In this document: one piece after another, positions 59,130 through 64,000 of the stretch | Layout of the letters: each line of letters starts with the position of its first letter | Numbering within the stretch: the first letter of the stretch is position 1 | Made by a program: the position numbers and the translations under genes | The notes under the pieces: generated by a model | The model's input: only the letters and a program-made list of their open reading frames with translations | Databases searched by the model: none | What the model was told of the DNA's origin: nothing | Source of the DNA: an uncultured Gemmatimonadales bacterium | GTDB lineage: Bacteria > Gemmatimonadota > Gemmatimonadetes > Gemmatimonadales > GWC2-71-9 | Length of the DNA stretch: 64,000 bases | NCBI GenBank assembly: GCA_963779755.1 | Contig: CAVZZO010000003.1 | Span: forward strand, 1,280,001 to 1,344,000 | Direction: 5' to 3'

Positions 59130-61586
59130 ATGACCGCATTGATGGCAGATGTCCGCTACGCCCTCCGCGGAATTCGCCGCAGCCCCGGCTTTGCGCTGGT
59201 GGTGGTGCTGACGCTCGCGCTGGGGATCGGGGCGAACACCACCATCTTCTCCCTGATCAACGCGGTCCTGCTGCGGCCGCCGGCCGGGGTGACCGATCCG
59301 GGGCGGCTGGTTGCCGTGAGCACGGTCGGTCACTGCGCCGGAGGCTGCCTCGGCACGTCCTCCTACCCGGACTATCTCGATTTCGCGGCCTATGACAGCC
59401 GGCTGACCGGGCTGGCGGCGTTCGAGCCGAGGCCGTTCACCCTCTCGGCCGGCGACGAAACCTTCCAGGCATTCGGCGAATACGCGAGCCCCGACTACTT
59501 CGGGGTGCTGGGCGTGACGCCGGCGCTGGGCCGGACCTTCCGCCCGGAAGACGGCGTACCCGGCGCCACGCCGGTGGCAGTGATCGGCCATGGGCTATGG
59601 CAGCAACGCTTCGGCGGCCAGCGGGATGTGATCGGACGCACGGTTCGCGTGCGCGGTGCGGCAGTCACCATCGTGGGCGTGGCACCGGCCGGATTCATCG
59701 GCACGCTCACCGGCATCGGTGTCGGCCTCTGGGTTCCCTTTGCTGCCAGGACGGTCCTCGAGCCGGGCTCGGCATCCGACCTCACGGACCGCGGCAATCA
59801 CAGCCTCTTTCTGGTGGGCCGGCTGGCGGCGTCAGCAACCGCAGCGGAAGTGCAGGCGCGTTTTGACGTGCTCACCCCGCAGATGCAGTCGGCGCACCCG
59901 GAATGGCAGGGACATCGGGGGCCGGGGTCGCGGATTGCGGTCGCCTCCGAGCGGGAGGCGGCGCTCCTCGCGCCGATGCGCACGGTGGTGGTGAGCTTCT
60001 TCGGGGTGCTCGCGGCGGTCGCCGCCCTGGTGCTCCTCATCTGCTGCGCCAATCTCGCGAACCTGCTCCTGGCGCGGGGAAGCACCCGCGCGCGGGACAT
60101 CGGGGTGCGCCTCGCCCTGGGCGCAAGCCGGAGCCGGGTGGTGCGCCAGATGCTCACCGAAAGCGTGCTGCTCGCGCTGGCCGGCGGCATCGGAGGCGTC
60201 CTGCTCGCCACCGCGGCGGGGAGCCTGATCGTCCGGATCCAGCTGCCCCTGCCGGTCCCCGTCGCCCTGGACCTGTCGCTCGACTGGCGGGTATTCGGCT
60301 TCGCGGCAGTGGTGGCGGCGGTAACCGGCATCGTTTTCGGCGTGCTCCCCGCGCTGCGATTCACCGCCGCGGGCGTGGTGCAGCGACTGCACGGCGACGC
60401 GGCCGGCGAACGCCCACAGCGGCGCCGGTTCACTCTTCGCGACGCGCTGGTGGTGAGCCAGGTGGCGGTCTCGGCGATTCTGCTGATAGTAGCGGGGCTG
60501 TTCGTGAACAGCCTGCGGCACGCGCAGGACCTCGACCTCGGGTTCGATCCCGATCATGTCGCCATGGCCACCGTGGACCTGGACTCGCAAGGCTACCCCA
60601 CCGAGCGGATGCTGCAGTTCTATCAACAACTCGAGACCCGGGCGCGGGCGCTACCCGGCGTCGGCTCGGCGACGCTCGCGGCGTATGCGCCGCTGGGGCT
60701 CGATTACTCGTCCGTCTCCGTGCAGATCGAGGACTATCAGCCGGGCCCGCACGAAGACAACATGGCCGGCGTCAACCGGGTGGATGACGAGTACTTCACC
60801 ACGCTCGGCATCCCCGTGCTCCAGGGCCGGGGGTTCACCGCCCAGGACCGGATGGATACGCCGCGCGCGGCGGTGGTAAACCAGGCCTTTGTCCGGCGGT
60901 ACTGGCCCGACGGCAAGGCTCTGGGGAGACACATCGCCTGTTGCGGCGGTCCCGCCGAGGTGGTCGGCGTGGTGCCGGACGCGAAGATGCGGTCGCTGGG
61001 GGAAGGTCCGACGCCGTACCTCTACCTCCCGCTGCGGCAGAATCCGGTCGGCTCGGCGGTGCTGGAGGTGCGGACCGCGGGAGATCCGTCGGCCATGCTG
61101 CCCATGCTCCGGAGCACTATCAGCGGCATCGACCCCGACCTTCCGGTCCAGCTCAGTACCATGCACGGCTACCTGGGGATCGCGATGGTGCCGCAGCGCC
61201 TGGGCGCGATTCTCCTCAGCGTGTTCGGCGGGCTGGGCATGCTGCTCGCGGCGCTGGGACTCTACGGCGTGCTGGCCTATCTGGTGGCGCGGCGCACCCG
61301 GGAGATCGGTATCCGGATGGCGCTCGGCTCCGAGCCTGCCGCGGTGATGCACATGGTGCTCTGGCAGGCGCTGCGGCTCGTCGCGGCCGGCCTGGCGATC
61401 GGGCTGTTGCTGGGCCTCCTCGCCGGCCATCTGATTCGCGGGTTCCTCTTCGGGGTGGGCGCCGGCGACCCGGCGACGTTTGCCGGCGTGTTGCTGATCT
61501 TTACCCTGGTGACCCTGGTGGCGGGCTACGGCCCCGCGCGTCGCGCCACACGGGTCGATCCGGTGAGGGCGCTGCGGAGCGAATAG
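59130..61586 (+). CDS. ABC permease, duplicated MacB/FtsX (ADOP) type
   Basis: [64 protein letters not shown]. Confidence 0.93.
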   Translation: MTALMADVRYALRGIRRSPGFALVVVLTLALGIGANTTIFSLINAVLLRPPAGVTDPGRLVAVSTVGHCAGGCLGTSSYPDYLDFAAYDSRLTGLAAFEPRPFTLSAGDETFQAFGEYASPDYFGVLGVTPALGRTFRPEDGVPGATPVAVIGHGLWQQRFGGQRDVIGRTVRVRGAAVTIVGVAPAGFIGTLTGIGVGLWVPFAARTVLEPGSASDLTDRGNHSLFLVGRLAASATAAEVQARFDVLTPQMQSAHPEWQGHRGPGSRIAVASEREAALLAPMRTVVVSFFGVLAAVAALVLLICCANLANLLLARGSTRARDIGVRLALGASRSRVVRQMLTESVLLALAGGIGGVLLATAAGSLIVRIQLPLPVPVALDLSLDWRVFGFAAVVAAVTGIVFGVLPALRFTAAGVVQRLHGDAAGERPQRRRFTLRDALVVSQVAVSAILLIVAGLFVNSLRHAQDLDLGFDPDHVAMATVDLDSQGYPTERMLQFYQQLETRARALPGVGSATLAAYAPLGLDYSSVSVQIEDYQPGPHEDNMAGVNRVDDEYFTTLGIPVLQGRGFTAQDRMDTPRAAVVNQAFVRRYWPDGKALGRHIACCGGPAEVVGVVPDAKMRSLGEGPTPYLYLPLRQNPVGSAVLEVRTAGDPSAMLPMLRSTISGIDPDLPVQLSTMHGYLGIAMVPQRLGAILLSVFGGLGMLLAALGLYGVLAYLVARRTREIGIRMALGSEPAAVMHMVLWQALRLVAAGLAIGLLLGLLAGHLIRGFLFGVGAGDPATFAGVLLIFTLVTLVAGYGPARRATRVDPVRALRSE

Positions 61587-61593
61587 CCCGGCC

Positions 61594-64000
61594 ATGAACG
61601 CACTCCTTTCCGACCTCCGCTACGCTCTCCGCGGCGCGCGACGCAGCCCGGGCCTTGCCGCCCTGGTCGTGCTCACGCTGGGGCTCGGCATCGGCGCCAA
61701 CACAGCGATCTTCAGCGTGGTGGACGCAGTGCTGCTCCGCCCGCTGCCGTACCGCGAGGCGGACCGGCTGGTGACGGTCGGATCGAGCGTGGACCTGCGC
61801 GGGCGCCCGAATGCGGCCATGGGGCTTTCGTATCCGGACTATCAGGACATCGGGAAGCTCCACGATGCCGTCTCCGGCATCGCCGCGTATTCCTCCGACC
61901 GCTACAACTTCCTCAATACCGACCAGCCGCGCGAGGTGCAGGTCACCCGGACGACCGCGGATCTCTTCCCGGTGCTCGGAGTGTCGCCGGCCATCGGGCG
62001 CGCGTTCAACGCGGGCGAGACGCACGATCCCGTCGCGATCATCTCCCACGGGCTCTGGATCTCCAGCTTCAACGGAGACAGGAGCGCCCTTGGGCGCACG
62101 ATCTCGCTCGACGACACGGCCTTCACCATTGTCGGCATCATGCCGGCGGGGTTCGCGTTCCCCGACGCGGGCACGGACGCCTGGATCCCGATCAATTTCG
62201 CGTTTGCCGACCCCGCGATGGCGGAGATGCGGATGTTCCGCGCACTCTCCACGGTCGCGCGCCTCGCGCCGGATGCTTCGCTCGACCGGCTGCGCGGAGA
62301 TCTCGATCTCCTGGGCAAGCGCATCACGGCTTCGGGGCAGCAGACCTCGAAATTCGGGAGCGGGGAGACCTTCGCGGCAACCCTGCTGCGCGATCAGCTC
62401 GTAGGCGACGCGCGGCAGCCGCTCCTGATACTCTTGGGCGCGGTGGCACTGGTGCTGCTCATTGCATGCGTCAACGCGGCGAACCTCCTGGTGGCGCGCG
62501 CGAACGCGCGCGAGAAGGAGTTCGCCGTGCGCCGCGCCATCGGCGCAGGGCGCTGGGTGATCGTCCGTCAACTCCTGGTCGAGAGCGTACTGCTCGCGCT
62601 GGGCGCCGCCGCGGTGGGGCTCGTGCTCGCGGCCGTGGGCCTCGATCTCCTCGCCGCGCAGCTGCCGCACGGGTACGTGGTCGGGATCGACGGCACGGTG
62701 CTCGGGTTCACCATTATCCTCGCCGTCGCGACGGGTCTGGGCTTCGGCATCGTGCCCGCGCTGCGCGCCTCGGCGCCCGCGCTGGAGCAGTCACTGCGCG
62801 ACAGCGCGGGCGCGAGCGCAGGTCGGCAGCGGCGCCGAGCGCGCGACGTGCTGGTCGTGAGCGAGGTGGCGCTCGCCCTGGTACTGCTCGTGGGCTCGGC
62901 GCTGCTGGTGCGGAGCTTCATCAGCGTAAACGCGGTCGACCCGGGGTTCGACCCGCACGGAGTCCTCGCGGCGCGGATACGCCTCACGCCGGCCAGGTAC
63001 TCCGCGACGAGCCAGAAGCGCAGCTTCTTCGACCAGCTGGTCCGGCGGCTCGGGACGCAGCCGGGAGTCGGCGCGATCACCGTCGCCGACGGGCTGCCGC
63101 TCGCCGGGGTCAACCGGGTGGGGATGGATCCTCAGCAGATCAACCCCGACGATCCCAACCAGTTCCTGGAGATCGCGGCGATGGCCGTGGGGCCCGACTA
63201 CTTCTCGACCATGCACATCCCCATTCTCCAGGGGCGCGCGATCACCGCCGACGACCGCGCGGGCTCGAGTCACGTTTGCGTGGTGAACCAGGCTCTCGCG
63301 CGCGAGCTCTGGCCGAACAGGAACCCGATCGGCCAGGGCGGGATGGGGCGAGACGGCGACGCCATCGTCGTAGGCGTCGTGGCCGACGTGCGCGACGAAT
63401 CGCTCGAGCACGAGGGGAAGGGCGCTGTCTACATCCCGCTCACGCAGGCGCGGAGCAGGAGCTACGATGAGATGTGGGTCATAGTGCGCTCGGCGCACCC
63501 GCTGCGCGTCGCGCCCGCCCTGCGACAGGTGGTGCACACCGAAGACGCCGCTCAGCCGATCGCGGAGATCACCACCTACAACGCGATCATCCAGCAGCGC
63601 TACGCGAGCCTCAGGCTCATCGCGGCGCTCATCACGCTCTTTGCGGGACTGGCCCTCGTGCTCGCCGTGATCGGCATCGCCGGCGTGACCGCCTACGCCG
63701 TCTCGCAGCGCAGGCGGGAGCTGGGGATTCGCCTCGCGATGGGCGCCCGCGCGATTGACGTGATCGCCCTCTTGTTGGGCGAGACCGCGGTGCTGGTGGG
63801 GATCGGTCTCGCCATCGGACTCGCGGCGGCGTTCGGCGTGACACGCACGCTGCGCTCGTTGCTTTACGGGGTGACGAGCACCGATCTCGTGACGTTCGGC
63901 GGGGCGGCGCTCGCGCTCGGGCTGGTGGCGCTGGCGGCCACGTACGTCCCGGCGCGGCGGGCCGGGCGGGTGGATCCGGTGGAGGCACTGCGCAGTGAGT
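61594..64000 (+). CDS. Second ADOP-type ABC permease; the stop codon probably begins at the last base of the window
   Basis: Not in the ORF track (no stop inside the window); [20 protein letters not shown]...[15 protein letters not shown]. Confidence 0.92.
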   Translation, partial: MNALLSDLRYALRGARRSPGLAALVVLTLGLGIGANTAIFSVVDAVLLRPLPYREADRLVTVGSSVDLRGRPNAAMGLSYPDYQDIGKLHDAVSGIAAYSSDRYNFLNTDQPREVQVTRTTADLFPVLGVSPAIGRAFNAGETHDPVAIISHGLWISSFNGDRSALGRTISLDDTAFTIVGIMPAGFAFPDAGTDAWIPINFAFADPAMAEMRMFRALSTVARLAPDASLDRLRGDLDLLGKRITASGQQTSKFGSGETFAATLLRDQLVGDARQPLLILLGAVALVLLIACVNAANLLVARANAREKEFAVRRAIGAGRWVIVRQLLVESVLLALGAAAVGLVLAAVGLDLLAAQLPHGYVVGIDGTVLGFTIILAVATGLGFGIVPALRASAPALEQSLRDSAGASAGRQRRRARDVLVVSEVALALVLLVGSALLVRSFISVNAVDPGFDPHGVLAARIRLTPARYSATSQKRSFFDQLVRRLGTQPGVGAITVADGLPLAGVNRVGMDPQQINPDDPNQFLEIAAMAVGPDYFSTMHIPILQGRAITADDRAGSSHVCVVNQALARELWPNRNPIGQGGMGRDGDAIVVGVVADVRDESLEHEGKGAVYIPLTQARSRSYDEMWVIVRSAHPLRVAPALRQVVHTEDAAQPIAEITTYNAIIQQRYASLRLIAALITLFAGLALVLAVIGIAGVTAYAVSQRRRELGIRLAMGARAIDVIALLLGETAVLVGIGLAIGLAAAFGVTRTLRSLLYGVTSTDLVTFGGAALALGLVALAATYVPARRAGRVDPVEALRSE

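Overview
High-GC bacterial chromosomal window with about 56 genes. The gene content (ADOP-type permeases, barrel-CBM48 protein, cytochrome c-TPR protein, TPGNLRA-type EF-P) suggests Gemmatimonadota or a related lineage; this is inference. No rRNA, tRNA, CRISPR array, integrase or transposase was recognised. The left part is a general-stress-type cluster (sseA, ADH, YihY, Hsp20, MscS, PfpI, CsbD, DUF1328, cls) containing two paralogous uncharacterised bitopic proteins. The middle holds lhr, a four-gene operon at 24660-27430, DUF72, a PLP decarboxylase, tandem DUF4382 lipoproteins, thiI, efp, a DAACS transporter, LOG, addAB-like genes and a malic enzyme. The right part holds rpsU, csp, a Tat glycosidase, a CBM48 protein, CocE, a diheme cytochrome and a MacAB/ADOP ABC operon. 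Best candidate for an undescribed system: a CutF/CruR-like leader peptide (signal, CxxxC, Met/His patch, C-terminal PPPPR) whose proline codons are complementary to the Shine-Dalgarno of a downstream porin, followed by a Met/His-rich membrane protein and an FMN-bind-like periplasmic protein. Other highlights: an unassigned ~145-nt structured RNA with its own promoter and terminator, repeated CRP-like boxes, sigma54 promoters, apparent leaderless genes, an EF-P with Asn at the modified position, and octamer repeats inserted in frame into lhr. All family calls come from motif recognition by eye, not database searches.
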